From IMG/VR virus record IMGVR_UViG_3300046723_000260, positions 8,243-72,242 of that record: a stretch of 64,000 nucleotides of DNA, one strand, 5' to 3'. The notes under the pieces were generated by a model. The model was given only the letters and a program-made list of their open reading frames with translations, did no database searches and was not told where the DNA came from. Shown here one piece after another: positions 8,276 to 18,003 of the stretch. Source of the DNA: a virus. Position numbers and translations under genes: made by a program. Positions within the stretch are counted from its first letter, which is position 1, and the number at the start of each line of letters is the position of its first letter.

Positions 8276-9161
8276 CTGCCTGCTCCTTGATCAGCCGCTT
8301 GAGCGTGGTGATCGCCCTGCCGAAGTCGACCGCCGGCAGGTCGGCGATCTTCTCGATCTTCCACGGCTTGCAGAACGCGAGGCTGCTCTTGCCGAGAGCT
8401 TCGAGCGCCTCGACGATCTCGTCCTGCTGCTTCTGCGAGATCAGCGGGACGTCGCCCTCGACGACCGTGCCATCGACGACCGTCGCGCGGTTGCCGTCGT
8501 TGTCCATGCCCTCGATCTGGATGTCGAAGATCATGCACTTGAGGAAGCGCCGCGCGTAGGTGACGCTCGACCCGGAGCCCTGCGCCAGCGTCTTCGTCCC
8601 CTCGCCCTTCGGGCCTTTGTGGTCCATGCCGACGTCCATCTCGTAGCGCCGCGTTTGGCCGTCGGCGTGCGAGACGTCGCAGACGACGAGGTAGTGCTCG
8701 GGCAGCTTCGAGGCGCCGCCGCCGTAGGAGAGCGTGAAGCCGTTGCCGCGGATGAACGGGTCGACCTGCTTGCTGATGTCCTCCAGCTTCGCCCACCACG
8801 ACTTCGTGTGCTTGTTGTAGGACTTGCGCTTGATCGAGATCGCGCTGATCTGCTGCTGCGCCTTCAGCATCGAGGCGTTGAAGGCGTGGGCGGCGACGCG
8901 GTCCTGCTCCTCGCGGATCATCGCCAGAATCTCCTTGGCGATCGCGACGTCCTTGCCGTCCTTGATCTGGCGGAGCTGGTCGATCAGCGCGTTCGGCGCG
9001 GGCACCCGCTCGACCTTGGCGAGCTGTCCCTTGTTGACGGCTGGCTGCGCCACGCCGCTCCCGGTCGTCGGTCGCCGCGGCTTCGGTCCCGGTTCGGGTT
9101 GGTGACCTCCGAGCAGGTCTGGTTGCTTTTCGGCGGTGGCGGTGGCGGTCTTGCGAGCCAT
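8268..9161 (-). CDS. ERF-family single-strand annealing protein
   Basis: FNASMLKAQ...N.HTKSWWAKLEDI...V.H.DG...QGSGSSVTYARRF...DNDGN. Confidence 0.85.
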   Translation of the reverse strand: MARKTATATAEKQPDLLGGHQPEPGPKPRRPTTGSGVAQPAVNKGQLAKVERVPAPNALIDQLRQIKDGKDVAIAKEILAMIREEQDRVAAHAFNASMLKAQQQISAISIKRKSYNKHTKSWWAKLEDISKQVDPFIRGNGFTLSYGGGASKLPEHYLVVCDVSHADGQTRRYEMDVGMDHKGPKGEGTKTLAQGSGSSVTYARRFLKCMIFDIQIEGMDNDGNRATVVDGTVVEGDVPLISQKQQDEIVEALEALGKSSLAFCKPWKIEKIADLPAVDFGRAITTLKRLIKEQAGG

Positions 9162-9190
9162 TTCGAATCTCCCTGTTTGAGTGGAAAAGT

Positions 9191-9547
9191 TTACCCTACC
9201 GGCGGGCCGATCTCCACGAGCGGCCAGTTGTTACTCCCCTTGTGAAGTCGGGCGTCGATCGAGAGCCCCTGCGTCTGCTGGGCGTTGCCGCCGCCCTCGT
9301 CGAACCCCATGACGGAGACGAGCTTGCCGTTGACGTCGATGAACCGCGCGAGCGTCGCGTTCTGCTTGCTGGAGACGTAGCCGAGGTGCGTCCCGCGCGC
9401 CCAGACCTGGACGGCGTTCGTGTCGAATTGGTTGCTCGGTTCGCGGACCAGCGTCAGCGGTTCGTTGTTCGGCAGGTCGGAGACGAGCCCTATCGTGCCG
9501 CGGTGCTTCATGCCGACGAGCGCGTAGCGCAGCGTTCTCTCCGTCAT
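9191..9547 (-). CDS. HIRAN domain protein
   Basis: LVG..HR...LTLVREPSNQFDTNAVQV...LGYV. Confidence 0.8.
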   Translation of the reverse strand: MTERTLRYALVGMKHRGTIGLVSDLPNNEPLTLVREPSNQFDTNAVQVWARGTHLGYVSSKQNATLARFIDVNGKLVSVMGFDEGGGNAQQTQGLSIDARLHKGSNNWPLVEIGPPVG

Positions 9548-9599
9548 AGCGTGATCCCTCCATCGGACGACGTCTTCCAAAGGTACGGCGAGCGGCTGT

Positions 9600-10547
9600 T
9601 CACCGAGTCACCCCTTTTCGTTTCCAGCCGATCTCCGCGCCCTCCATCGGCTCGTCGTGGTGGGTCGAGCGGGCGAAGGCGCGGACCGCCTTCTCGACCT
9701 CGCCGTCGTTGAAGAACGGGAACAGCTTCGCGGCCGACAGCAGCCGGCGGTCGACGACGTAGGCGTAGGGCTCCTTCGCGGTGGTGAGCAGGACGCCGGC
9801 GCCCTCCTCGGTGACGCCGCGGGTCCGCACGAGGTCGGCGGGCTTCGCCAGCGTGGCGATGCGGGCGTCGGTCGCGTCCTCGGCGGAGGCTTGCGACTGG
9901 ACCGCGGAGGCGGCGGCACGGGCGGCGGCCTCGTCGGCGGCTTGCGCCGCGGCCTGGGCGGCGGCCTGCTTCTCGGCGATCTTCTCGGCGTTGCGGGCGC
10001 GCTCGGCGGCGCGCTGCGCCTCCTCGGCCTCCCGGGCGAGCCGCTCGGCCGCGGCCCGCTCCCTGCGCGCCTTCTCCTCGGCCTCCCGGGCGACGCGCTG
10101 CCGCTCCAGCTCGGCCAGCCGGAGCCGCTCGCGCTCGGCGGCCTCCTTGCGGGCTTGGTGGTCGTCGATCAGCCGCTGCAGTTGGTCGATCCACCCCGGG
10201 GTCGTTCGGCGCTCCTGCTTGTCGGCGGGCTGGATGATCTTCTGCAAACCCTTGAAGAACGAGTTGATCGCGTTTTGGCGGCGGAGGTGCGGCTCGACCT
10301 CGACGACGCGGGTCTGCTCCATCCGCGCGTCGAGGTCGCGGAACCGCTTGATCAGCGCGCCGACCTGGAGCGCGGTCGCGTCGTCCTCGACCGGGTCACC
10401 GACCCGCAACGCCGCCACGCTGGCGAGGTTTTCGAGCGTGGTCTTCAGCCCGGCATATTCGTCGTTGAGCCGCTCGGTCTCGATCCGGGCGTAGTCGACG
10501 CCGGTGTTGTCGCCGATCCCGGCGCGGGGGTTCGCAAGTTCGTTCAT
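9600..10547 (-). CDS. Coiled-coil phage protein
   Basis: IGDN N-terminus, long Ala/Glu/Arg coiled coil, C-terminal 'VRAFAR...MEGAEI'. Confidence 0.7.
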   Translation of the reverse strand: MNELANPRAGIGDNTGVDYARIETERLNDEYAGLKTTLENLASVAALRVGDPVEDDATALQVGALIKRFRDLDARMEQTRVVEVEPHLRRQNAINSFFKGLQKIIQPADKQERRTTPGWIDQLQRLIDDHQARKEAAERERLRLAELERQRVAREAEEKARRERAAAERLAREAEEAQRAAERARNAEKIAEKQAAAQAAAQAADEAAARAAASAVQSQASAEDATDARIATLAKPADLVRTRGVTEEGAGVLLTTAKEPYAYVVDRRLLSAAKLFPFFNDGEVEKAVRAFARSTHHDEPMEGAEIGWKRKGVTR

Positions 10548-10559
10548 GGTCTCTTCCTT

Positions 10560-10700
10560 TCAGGATGCGGCGGCGACGACGAGGAGGGCGGCGACGGCGG
10601 TCGCGAACGCCAGCGACCAGGCGACCGTCGCGTAGGTGCGCCGATCCTCCCGCTCGATCCGCGGGAGGTTGAAGCCGTGGTTATTGCTGGGTTTGGTCAT
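10560..10700 (-). CDS. Small membrane peptide, first gene of the leftward operon
   Basis: MTKPSNNHGFNLP...WSLAFATAVAALLVVAAAS (46 aa). Confidence 0.4.
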   Translation of the reverse strand: MTKPSNNHGFNLPRIEREDRRTYATVAWSLAFATAVAALLVVAAAS

Positions 10701-10741
10701 TTCCGTCCGCCCCTGGTTCGGTTGCGCCGTGAGACCGTATT

Positions 10742-10757
10742 AGGGAAAAGTTTCCAC
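10742..10757. promoter_or_regulatory. Putative operator (GTGGA-N6-TCCAC family) in the divergent control region
   Basis: AGGGAAAAGTTTCCAC; related sites at 9181, 11079, 12710 and 26363. Confidence 0.5.
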
Positions 10758-10813
10758 AGAGTAAAGAGGGGTCGGCTTGTGCGGGCGCGGTTTTTGGGGG
10801 ATATAGAGTCCCC

Positions 10814-11137
10814 ATGACGATCGACCAGACGATCCGCTCGAACCTGCTCGCCATCGCGAGGGCCTACGCCAGGCGGCAGAAGCTGAGTCTAAGCACGGTC
10901 GGGCGGCAGTTTTACGGGAACCAGTCGTTCTTCGTGACGTTGCGGAAGCGGGATGGGATCTCGATAACGCCCCCGAAGCTGGACGGCCTTTTGCAAGCCT
11001 TCTCCGACCGCTGGCCGGAGGGCTTGCCGTGGCCGGAAACCGCCCCGGTGACGATGGAGCGCCGGCCGCGAAAGAACGGTGGAAAAGAATCCACCCGATC
11101 GCTCGACGCTAGTGCGCCGGCCGAGCGAATCGCCTAA
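10814..11137 (+). CDS. Cro-like HTH transcriptional regulator
   Basis: LLAIARAYA..QKLSLSTVGRQFYGNQSFF..LR...WPEGLPWP; first gene of the rightward operon, divergent from the early operon. Confidence 0.6.
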   Translation: MTIDQTIRSNLLAIARAYARRQKLSLSTVGRQFYGNQSFFVTLRKRDGISITPPKLDGLLQAFSDRWPEGLPWPETAPVTMERRPRKNGGKESTRSLDASAPAERIA

Positions 11138-11149
11138 AACCGCGGCGCG

Positions 11150-11383
11150 ATGAGCGCCGCCATGACCAACCACGACGACGAGCCCCTGACCACCTTCGAG
11201 GTGCCGCTGAACGACGACGCCGTCGAGCGGCTCCTCGCGCTGGCCAAGGCGACCAAGACGCCGCCGCAGATCCTCCTCGCGTCGCTGCTCGACGAGCTGC
11301 TGCGCGACGAGGCGGAGGCCAACGGCAACGCCTCGGACGAGATCGCGTCTAAGATCAAAGGCGCGCAAGGCAAGCTGCATTAA
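11150..11383 (+). CDS. Small DNA-binding protein (RHH-like)
   Basis: TFEVPLNDDAVERLLALAK..KTPPQILLASLL strand-helix-helix pattern. Confidence 0.45.
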   Translation: MSAAMTNHDDEPLTTFEVPLNDDAVERLLALAKATKTPPQILLASLLDELLRDEAEANGNASDEIASKIKGAQGKLH

Positions 11384-11440
11384 CCGGCCCACGCCGCCAC
11401 GCCGGAATTAAGTGGTGGCATCATTCGGAGCTAGAACCCG

Positions 11441-11587
11441 ATGTCTGAAAAGCGAAAAGAAGTCGAAGCGATGATCGACAAGGCGGCGAAGGCCAACTCG
11501 GCCGACGAGGCCATGAAATACGCACAAGCCGCGCTCAACTCTGCGAACGCGCTGTGCTCGTTGAAGACCGCCGAACGGCAAGACTAG
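11441..11587 (+). CDS. Hypothetical protein (48 aa)
   Basis: SD GGAG, MSEKRKEVEAMIDKAAKANSADEAMKYAQAALN. Confidence 0.5.
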   Translation: MSEKRKEVEAMIDKAAKANSADEAMKYAQAALNSANALCSLKTAERQD

Positions 11588-11615
11588 GCAAAACCCCCAA
11601 CCGGAGAACACTTTG

Positions 11616-12065
11616 ATGGCGCGGACACCAGCGAAGAACGGCAAGGCGAGCGAGGCGATGGCCACGACCTTGATGCTGCCGAAGACGAAGACCCTCACGA
11701 GCCTGCTCGACACGAAGGGAACGCAGCTCAAGCGCGCGAGCAACGCGACCGGCGTCTATCGGCAGGCGGTCGGCACCGCGAAGGAGAAGGACCACCTCGA
11801 CACATGGGCGTGGGCCACGGCGAGCAAGATGGCGGAGATGCAGGACGACACCCTCCACGTCCGCTACTTCCACCTGCTGCACTACCTGGAGGAGCTCGGC
11901 GTCACCAAGCGCGCGACCGCCCAGGAGGAGATGTTCTCCGCCGGCGAGACCGGGCCGAAGCTCGGCGACGAAGACGACGGCGACGAGCACTCGACCACGA
12001 AGCGGATCGGCCGCGCCGCCCGCCAGGTCGCGGAGGCCGCCGGGGCGACGCTCGCGTCGGACTGA
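11616..12065 (+). CDS. Hypothetical protein, possibly GapR/DUF2312-like
   Basis: AKEKDHLDTWAW...KMAEM...LLHYLEELG resembles the GapR helical pattern. Confidence 0.45.
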   Translation: MARTPAKNGKASEAMATTLMLPKTKTLTSLLDTKGTQLKRASNATGVYRQAVGTAKEKDHLDTWAWATASKMAEMQDDTLHVRYFHLLHYLEELGVTKRATAQEEMFSAGETGPKLGDEDDGDEHSTTKRIGRAARQVAEAAGATLASD

Positions 12066-12067
12066 AC

Positions 12068-12628
12068 GTGGAGCAGGCGACCTTCCCCATCCTGCGAAGG
12101 CCGGCCCTGGTCCCGGGGCCGGTCTTTCTTTCGTTCGAGTGGACCGGCAAGCCGCCGCACAAGGCGCGGCACCGCTTCCGAATCGTGATCCCGAAGAGCG
12201 CCTGGAGCTACCCGCGGGATCCGCGCGCGCCGAGGTTCATGACCGAGGCCGGCGTCAAGCAGATCTGGGTCCAGCCCTACGGCGACCCCGACACCGAGAA
12301 GCACGAGGCGGCGATCCGGGAGTACGCCGCGCTGCTGATGCGGGGGCGCGAGCCGTCGACGCGCCCGCTGGCGCTGCTGCTCCACGTCTTCCGGCCGATC
12401 CCGGAGAGCTACTCGCGGCGGGAGCGCGAGGACGCGCTCGCCGGCGCGCTGCTGCCGACGCCGCGGCCCGACGCCGACAACTACATGAAGCTCGTGAAGG
12501 ACGCGATGAACGAGGTCGTCTACCGCGACGACGCCCAGGTCGTCGACGAGCGGTGCCTCAAGGTCTACTCGGACCAGCCGGCGCTCCGGATCGAGCTGCG
12601 CGAGTTCGTCGAGCCGGAATCAACTTGA
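12068..12628 (+). CDS. rusA: RusA-family Holliday junction resolvase
   Basis: G.P..KAR.R...PTPRPDADNYMKLVKDAMNEVVYRDDAQVV..K.YSD.P. Confidence 0.9.
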   Translation: MEQATFPILRRPALVPGPVFLSFEWTGKPPHKARHRFRIVIPKSAWSYPRDPRAPRFMTEAGVKQIWVQPYGDPDTEKHEAAIREYAALLMRGREPSTRPLALLLHVFRPIPESYSRREREDALAGALLPTPRPDADNYMKLVKDAMNEVVYRDDAQVVDERCLKVYSDQPALRIELREFVEPEST

Positions 12629-12765
12629 AAATTCAAGTTTTCAAGGTTGGGAATAGCGGGGACGGCGGCGGGACCGTCCGGTGGACTTAGACCGGCGACT
12701 CGGAGAAGGATGGAGAAGATTCCCCACGGGCGCAGCGCGCTCGATTCTTTTGACCGGGAGCGGCG

Positions 12766-13746
12766 ATGACTCAACTGATCAAATATGACGCGGCGCGCAA
12801 GGCGTTGGCGGAGGCGAGGCGCGTCGACGAGGTCAAGACCATCCGGGACAAAGCCGTCGCAGTCGCGGCCTACGCCAAACAAGCCAAGGATACGCAGCTT
12901 ATCGACCATGCCACCGACATCCGGCTTCGTGCGGAACGTCGTGCCGGCGAACTGTTGCTGGCGATGGAAAAGAACAAAGGGGCGCGAGGCGGGGGCAAAA
13001 AAGACGCGCCACGCGGTCGTCTTAAACAACCGCGTGATGTAACGCCAAAACTCGCCGAGATCGGCATCAGCAAATCGCAATCCGCGAACTGGCAGCGGCT
13101 CGCCAAACTCCCCGAAAAGGATTTCGAGAACAAGGTCGGCGCCGCCAAGCGGAAGGCCGTCAACGCGCTGGACGGCACGGCGAAGCGGGACCGCCAAGAG
13201 ATGCGGGCCGAGGACGAGCGGCGCGTCGCCGCGCTCGCGCCCATCGCCGGCAAGTTTCGCGCGCTGGTGATCGACCCGCCGTGGGACTACGAGTGGCTGT
13301 CGGTCGCGGGACGCGCGAAGCCGGGCTACGCCACCATGAGCCACGAGCAGCTTCTCGCGCTCGACGTGGCGGCGTGGGCCGAAGAGAACAGCCACCTCTA
13401 CCTCTGGACGACCAACAACTTCATGACGCGGGCGGTCGAGCTGATGGCCCGATGGGGTTTCGCGCACAAAACGGTCCTCACCTGGGTGAAGCCGAAGATT
13501 GGGCTCGGCTCGTACTTCCGCAACACGACGGAGCACGTCCTGTTCGGGGTCCGCGGCGAGCTGCGGACGCGATCGGATTCGATCCGCACGCACTTCGAGG
13601 CGCCGATGGGCGAGCACAGCGAGAAGCCGGAGAAGTTCTACGAGATCGTCCGAGCGGCCTCGCATGGCCCGTACGGCGAGTTATTCCAGCGCCAGGAACG
13701 CCCGGACTTCATCAACCTTTACCAGCCGAAGGCAGCGGCGGCATGA
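12766..13746 (+). CDS. MT-A70 family N6-adenine DNA methyltransferase
   Basis: IDPPW...Y.TM...LYLWTTN...WGF...WVK...G.G.YFRN.TEH.LFG.RG...HSEKP...ELF.R. Confidence 0.9.
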   Translation: MTQLIKYDAARKALAEARRVDEVKTIRDKAVAVAAYAKQAKDTQLIDHATDIRLRAERRAGELLLAMEKNKGARGGGKKDAPRGRLKQPRDVTPKLAEIGISKSQSANWQRLAKLPEKDFENKVGAAKRKAVNALDGTAKRDRQEMRAEDERRVAALAPIAGKFRALVIDPPWDYEWLSVAGRAKPGYATMSHEQLLALDVAAWAEENSHLYLWTTNNFMTRAVELMARWGFAHKTVLTWVKPKIGLGSYFRNTTEHVLFGVRGELRTRSDSIRTHFEAPMGEHSEKPEKFYEIVRAASHGPYGELFQRQERPDFINLYQPKAAAA

Positions 13747-14291
13747 ACGACTTCGCCCGCGACGACGCGTGGCAGCGCGGAGTTCGGGACCGCCTGCTGG
13801 CGCCGTTCTACGCCAAGCGCGCGACCGGCGGGCGATACGTCTTCATCGACAAGGGCAAGATCGCCTCGAAGCTGCAGCGGCTCTACGCGGTCGACACGAT
13901 CCTGCAAGGCGGCGACGGCGAGGCGATCTGCGTCGAGGAGAAGATCGTACGCTGGCCGGCCAAGCGCGGAACGCCCTACACGGCGTTTTCATTGGAGACG
14001 AAGAGCTGCACGGTACCGGGGCGGGAGGCACCTGGATGGATGTGGTACGGCGAGGCTGACTACCTGCTCTACGCCTTCGAGACCGCCGCCGGCGGCCTCG
14101 ACTGCCACCTGATCGACTTCCCCAAGCTGCAGGAGTGGTTCTGGAAGTGCGAGCGGGACTTCCCGACGTTCGGTCCGCTCGCCACGCTCAACCGATCCGC
14201 CGGCCGCGTCGTTCCTATCGAGAGCGTCAGGGCGGCCATCCCTTGCTGGCGGTTTCCGGTCGAAGAGGAGGCGTCATGCCCCGCAACATGA
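13743..14291 (+). CDS. Putative PD-(D/E)xK nuclease
   Basis: Q...VD.I...ICVEEK...ETKS...GWM...ADYLLY pattern; coupled to the MT-A70 gene. Confidence 0.55.
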   Translation: MNDFARDDAWQRGVRDRLLAPFYAKRATGGRYVFIDKGKIASKLQRLYAVDTILQGGDGEAICVEEKIVRWPAKRGTPYTAFSLETKSCTVPGREAPGWMWYGEADYLLYAFETAAGGLDCHLIDFPKLQEWFWKCERDFPTFGPLATLNRSAGRVVPIESVRAAIPCWRFPVEEEASCPAT

Positions 14292-14485
14292 ACCGACGCG
14301 AGAACGAGAAGCGCGCCAAGGTCCGGCGCAGCTACGCGCTGGAGCGGTTCGAGCTCCGCGGGGAGCCGGAGCTTCGCGCGAACGCCGCCTCGCCGACCGC
14401 GATGGCGGTGAAGGTCAACCCGGACGCCGCGGCGATCGAGGCGTTCCTCGCCCAGCGGCGGGGGGGACAGGGGGGGACAAAATGA
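14276..14485 (+). CDS. Hypothetical protein
   Basis: [24 protein letters not shown]... Confidence 0.5.
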   Translation: MPRNMNRRENEKRAKVRRSYALERFELRGEPELRANAASPTAMAVKVNPDAAAIEAFLAQRRGGQGGTK

Positions 14486-14795
14486 GCCGATCGACCACCC
14501 CAGTTTGCGATCTGATCGAGTCCCTCCTGTCCAGGGGGACGTCCCCCGAGAAGGCCATAGACGCCGCTCGGGTTTTGGAGGTCTCAGGCACCAAGGAATG
14601 GGTCTCCGTAGAGGAGAAGCGCAAGCGGTGGCGGTTGAAGAAGGCTCGGCAACGCGCCGCGAAGAGGGGGGACAGCGGGGGGACACGAAAGCTGGACTCT
14701 ATACTTACTGACTCTCCTAAGATTCAGAATCCAATTAAGAAAGACAGAAAGAAAGAGTCGCGTGTCCCCCCGTCCCCGGGGGACAGGGGGGACAA
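14461..14795. repeat. Iteron array (GGGGGAC/GTCCCCC) with AT-rich patch: putative replication origin
   Basis: GGGGGAC at about 14462, 14472, 14534, 14667, 14678, 14778 and 14787; inverted copies at 14541, 14764 and 14772; AT-rich tract about 14698-14757. Confidence 0.7.
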
Positions 14796-15255
14796 CTCCG
14801 GATGGCCGGCGGACTACGAGGCGCTGTTCTGGCAGAACTTCCCGGAGCAGCGCAGATACGACAAGCCGCAGGTGATGGCGTGGTTGGCGAAGGCGCGGCG
14901 CGAGAAGTCGGTGGAGTGGGTTGTGTTGTTCGACGGCGTGCTGCGGTACGCGGCGTCGAATCCGGGCGAGTTCGCGAAGGCTCCGCTGCCGTGGCTGCGA
15001 GGGCAGCGGTGGATGGGCATTTACAGGGACGGAGGATCACGTGGGAAAACAACTGGCGCGGCGACCGATCACATCGCTGCCGCCGCGGCTCGCCGCTTTG
15101 GCGGGGGCGGTCGGCACCGTGCGGCACCCGGGGCAGCCGGTCCGGTACAACATGCCGGAGGGGATGGCGATGAGCGGGATGGAGCGCCAGGAGGCGGCGA
15201 GCCTGCTTTCGACCTTGAGCTCCGCGCTGGACCCGACGGCGTCTTTCGGCGGTGA
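14482..15255 (+). CDS. Replication initiator (lambda O-like)
   Basis: RKRWRLKKARQR, internal iterons and AT-rich patch, C-terminal YEALFWQNFP...K...Y...PLPWLRGQRW. Confidence 0.65.
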   Translation: MSRSTTPVCDLIESLLSRGTSPEKAIDAARVLEVSGTKEWVSVEEKRKRWRLKKARQRAAKRGDSGGTRKLDSILTDSPKIQNPIKKDRKKESRVPPSPGDRGDNSGWPADYEALFWQNFPEQRRYDKPQVMAWLAKARREKSVEWVVLFDGVLRYAASNPGEFAKAPLPWLRGQRWMGIYRDGGSRGKTTGAATDHIAAAAARRFGGGGRHRAAPGAAGPVQHAGGDGDERDGAPGGGEPAFDLELRAGPDGVFRR

Positions 15256-15637
15256 GGACGGGCACTCGGCGAAGGGCGCGCTGCTCGCGAAGATGATCCA
15301 CGGGCTCGGCGGCGCGGCGAACCAGAGCGAGACGGCGGCGACGGCGAAGATCGAGATGTACGCGGACGCGATCGAGGACCTGCCGGCGTGGGCGGTCGCG
15401 GAGGCGATCAAGCGGTGGGCGCGCGGTTCGTGCCCGCCGGAGATCTGCGAGAGTCCGAGGTTCGAGTTTCCCCCGGCGCCGGCGGTGCTGCGGCGGCTGG
15501 CGCAGAGCGACCTCGACCTGCCGCGCCGCTACGTCGAGATGCTTCGCAACCTGCTCGCGGCGCTGCCGATCGACGAGGCGATGAACCCGGAGCCGCGGCC
15601 GGCGGAGCCGGGCCTGCCGACGCTGCGGAGGATGTGA
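15041..15637 (+). CDS. Replication protein (lambda P/helicase-loader-like)
   Basis: SD GGAGG + GTG; MYADAIEDLPAWAVAEAIKRW...FPPAPAVLR. Confidence 0.55.
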   Translation: MGKQLARRPITSLPPRLAALAGAVGTVRHPGQPVRYNMPEGMAMSGMERQEAASLLSTLSSALDPTASFGGEDGHSAKGALLAKMIHGLGGAANQSETAATAKIEMYADAIEDLPAWAVAEAIKRWARGSCPPEICESPRFEFPPAPAVLRRLAQSDLDLPRRYVEMLRNLLAALPIDEAMNPEPRPAEPGLPTLRRM

Positions 15638-16461
15638 TGCGCTTGATCCGCGTCTTCCCACGAAAGACCAGGGCGACCCCGGACGACGACCTCGTTCGGT
15701 TCGGTCCTCCCGGGATGTTCGACGAGGCCGACGAGGTTCACGTCTCGGTGACGTTCACCTACGACAAGCCCGTGGCCGAAGACCTCGCGGAGCAATGGCG
15801 GCACGTCGCGCCGGTCAAGATCGGCGGCGTGGCCTACGGCGACGACAGCCTGGAGTTCATCCCGGGGCGCTACATCAAGCCGGGCTACACGATCACATCG
15901 CGCGGTTGCCCGCGCCGCTGCTGGTTCTGCGCGGTCTGGAAGAAATGGCCGGAGCCGAACGTCCTCCCGATCGTGCCGGGCTGGAACGTGCTCGACGACA
16001 ACCTGCTGGCTTGCCCGCGGCCGCACGTCGAGGCCGTGTTCGAGATGCTTCGCGAGCAGGACCGCCGCGTGGAGTTCACCGGCGGGCTCGAGGCCCTGTC
16101 GTTGCAGGACTACCAAGTCGACCTTCTCGCCAGCCTGAAGCCTCGACCGAATATGTTCTTCGCCTACGATCCGCAGGACGAGTTCGAGACGCTGGAGAGC
16201 GCCGCGCGCCGGCTCCTCGCCGCGGGCTTCACGAAGCAATCCCACCGGCTGCGGTCGTACTGCATGATCGGCTACCCGAAGGACACGCTCGCGGCGGCGG
16301 AGAAGCGACTGCTCCAGCTCGTCGACGTCGGCTTCACGCCGTTCGCGATGCTGTGGCGCCCGGACAACTCGGCGCAGGAGAAGCACATGCCGGGTCCAGA
16401 ATGGCACGCCTTCAAGCGCCGCTGGATGCGACCGGCAATAATTCATTCGAGGGCAGCTTGA
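15637..16461 (+). CDS. Radical SAM protein
   Basis: TSRGCPRRCWFC (CxxxCxxC), DDNLL, YCMIGYP. Confidence 0.85.
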   Translation: MRLIRVFPRKTRATPDDDLVRFGPPGMFDEADEVHVSVTFTYDKPVAEDLAEQWRHVAPVKIGGVAYGDDSLEFIPGRYIKPGYTITSRGCPRRCWFCAVWKKWPEPNVLPIVPGWNVLDDNLLACPRPHVEAVFEMLREQDRRVEFTGGLEALSLQDYQVDLLASLKPRPNMFFAYDPQDEFETLESAARRLLAAGFTKQSHRLRSYCMIGYPKDTLAAAEKRLLQLVDVGFTPFAMLWRPDNSAQEKHMPGPEWHAFKRRWMRPAIIHSRAA

Positions 16462-16826
16462 TGGGCAAGACCGACGAGCTCGACAACCTGTTCGCCCCCG
16501 AGGAGGCGAAGCGCCGCCGCGACGATCGCGCGGCGATGATCGAGCGCAACGTGGAGCGCAGCGCGCGGGAGGCCGAGATCGAGGCGAAGCGCCGGCAGAG
16601 GGCGCGGGAGTTCCTGGCCGAGACCAACGAGCGGACCCGGCTCGCGGAGTACCGCAAGGCCGGGGTCGAACCGCCGCAGTACACGCGGGTCTCGCTCGGG
16701 CTGCTGCTTTCGCTCGGCTGGACGATCGAGGAGGTCGAGGGCCGGCGCGTCCTGGTCAAGCCGCCGACGCCGCCCGATCCTGGACCGCGGCGCGGCCGCG
16801 AGCATTATGAGAGGGAGCAGTCATGA
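16461..16826 (+). CDS. Hypothetical protein
   Basis: Coupled ORF MGKTDELDNLF... Confidence 0.55.
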   Translation: MGKTDELDNLFAPEEAKRRRDDRAAMIERNVERSAREAEIEAKRRQRAREFLAETNERTRLAEYRKAGVEPPQYTRVSLGLLLSLGWTIEEVEGRRVLVKPPTPPDPGPRRGREHYEREQS

Positions 16827-17453
16827 ATGATCTATCTGTCCGGACGCGTCGTCGAAGATCTTCCGGCCGCAGTCGGGTTCATGCTTACGCCGAACAGCGA
16901 GAAGAAATGGAAGCATTGGCCGCCGCGCAAGGGCGCGGATTCGCCGCGGAGCTGGGCCGCAGACAGCGGGCGATTCTCAGACCCGAAAAGCTATGCGGAC
17001 GAGAAGTATCTCGGATGGCTTTCTACGTTCGAGCCGACGCAGTGCCTGTTCGCGACGGCCCCGGACGTGCTCGGCGACCATGCGGCGACGCTCGCGATGT
17101 CAGACCCGATCATGCCGCTAATCAGGGCGTTCGGCTTCAAGGTCGCCTTCGTGGCGCAAGACGGATTCGACACGGCGCCGTGGGACAAGTTCGACTGCCT
17201 GTTCCTGGGCGGGACCAACGCCTTCAAGCTCGGGGCCGCAGTGCCTGGAATCGTTTCGGAGGCCAGATCGCGGGGCAAGTGGGTGCACATGGGGCGGGCC
17301 AACTCCTACAAACGCCTGCGCGTGGCGGCGGCGATCGGTTGCCAATCGGCCGACGGCACGTTCCTCAGATTCGGCCCGCGCCAGAACTCCGTAAGGCTCG
17401 GCCGATGGCTGGACAAGCTCCACGCCCAGCCGCTGCTGCCGAAGGGATTCTAA
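16827..17453 (+). CDS. TGT-fold DpdA-like deazaguanine DNA transglycosylase (putative)
   Basis: WAADSGRF...APDVLGD...AFVAQDG...LFLGG...WVHMGR...SADGT parallels TGT/DpdA motifs (DSG, PD, QG, GG, H.LG, S.D); adjacent to queC. Confidence 0.65.
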   Translation: MIYLSGRVVEDLPAAVGFMLTPNSEKKWKHWPPRKGADSPRSWAADSGRFSDPKSYADEKYLGWLSTFEPTQCLFATAPDVLGDHAATLAMSDPIMPLIRAFGFKVAFVAQDGFDTAPWDKFDCLFLGGTNAFKLGAAVPGIVSEARSRGKWVHMGRANSYKRLRVAAAIGCQSADGTFLRFGPRQNSVRLGRWLDKLHAQPLLPKGF

Positions 17454-17454
17454 G

Positions 17455-18003
17455 GTGAAAACGCTCGTGCTATTCTCCGGTGGCCTGGATAGCGCCGTCG
17501 TGCTCGCCTCCTGCGTCGCGGCGGGCGACGAGGTTCTCGCAGTCGGCTTCGACTACGGTCAGCCGCATGCGATCGAGCTCGACCGCGCCGCCTTCATCGC
17601 GCGCGGCATGAACGTTCCCTACGAGGAGGTCGAACTTCCCGCGATGCCGCTGGCCGACGACGTGGTGTTCGCCGGCCGCAACATGGTGATGGCGGCGGCG
17701 GCCATCTCGATCGCCCACGCCAGGGGGTTCGACCGGATCGCCCTCGGCTGCAATGCCGACGACCATCGCCGCTTCCGCGACTGCCGCCGCGACTTCTGGT
17801 CAGCCATGCGAAGGGCGGCGCGGGCCTACGACGTCGGCATCAGCGCGCCGCTCTTGCGGTCGAGTAAACGCGCGATCGTGAGGCGGGCCAAGGCCCTCGG
17901 CGTTCCCGTCGAGCAAACATGGTCATGCTACGAACCGCGGGGCGGAGAACCCTGCGGAGAATGTCTCGCCTGCAAACTGCGAAAGGCAGCCCTATGCTCT
18001 TGA
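17455..18003 (+). CDS. queC: 7-cyano-7-deazaguanine synthase QueC
   Basis: LFSGGLDS, FDYGQ.H..E, GRN, DCR, PL...K..I, TWSCY...CGEC.AC..R. Confidence 0.9.
   Translation: MKTLVLFSGGLDSAVVLASCVAAGDEVLAVGFDYGQPHAIELDRAAFIARGMNVPYEEVELPAMPLADDVVFAGRNMVMAAAAISIAHARGFDRIALGCNADDHRRFRDCRRDFWSAMRRAARAYDVGISAPLLRSSKRAIVRRAKALGVPVEQTWSCYEPRGGEPCGECLACKLRKAALCS

Noticed and set aside
15637-16461. Radical SAM gene as queE
   Set aside because: The TSRGCPRRCWFC/DDN context differs from the QueE pattern (QGEG...R..GC.L.C.WCDT), so no symbol was assigned
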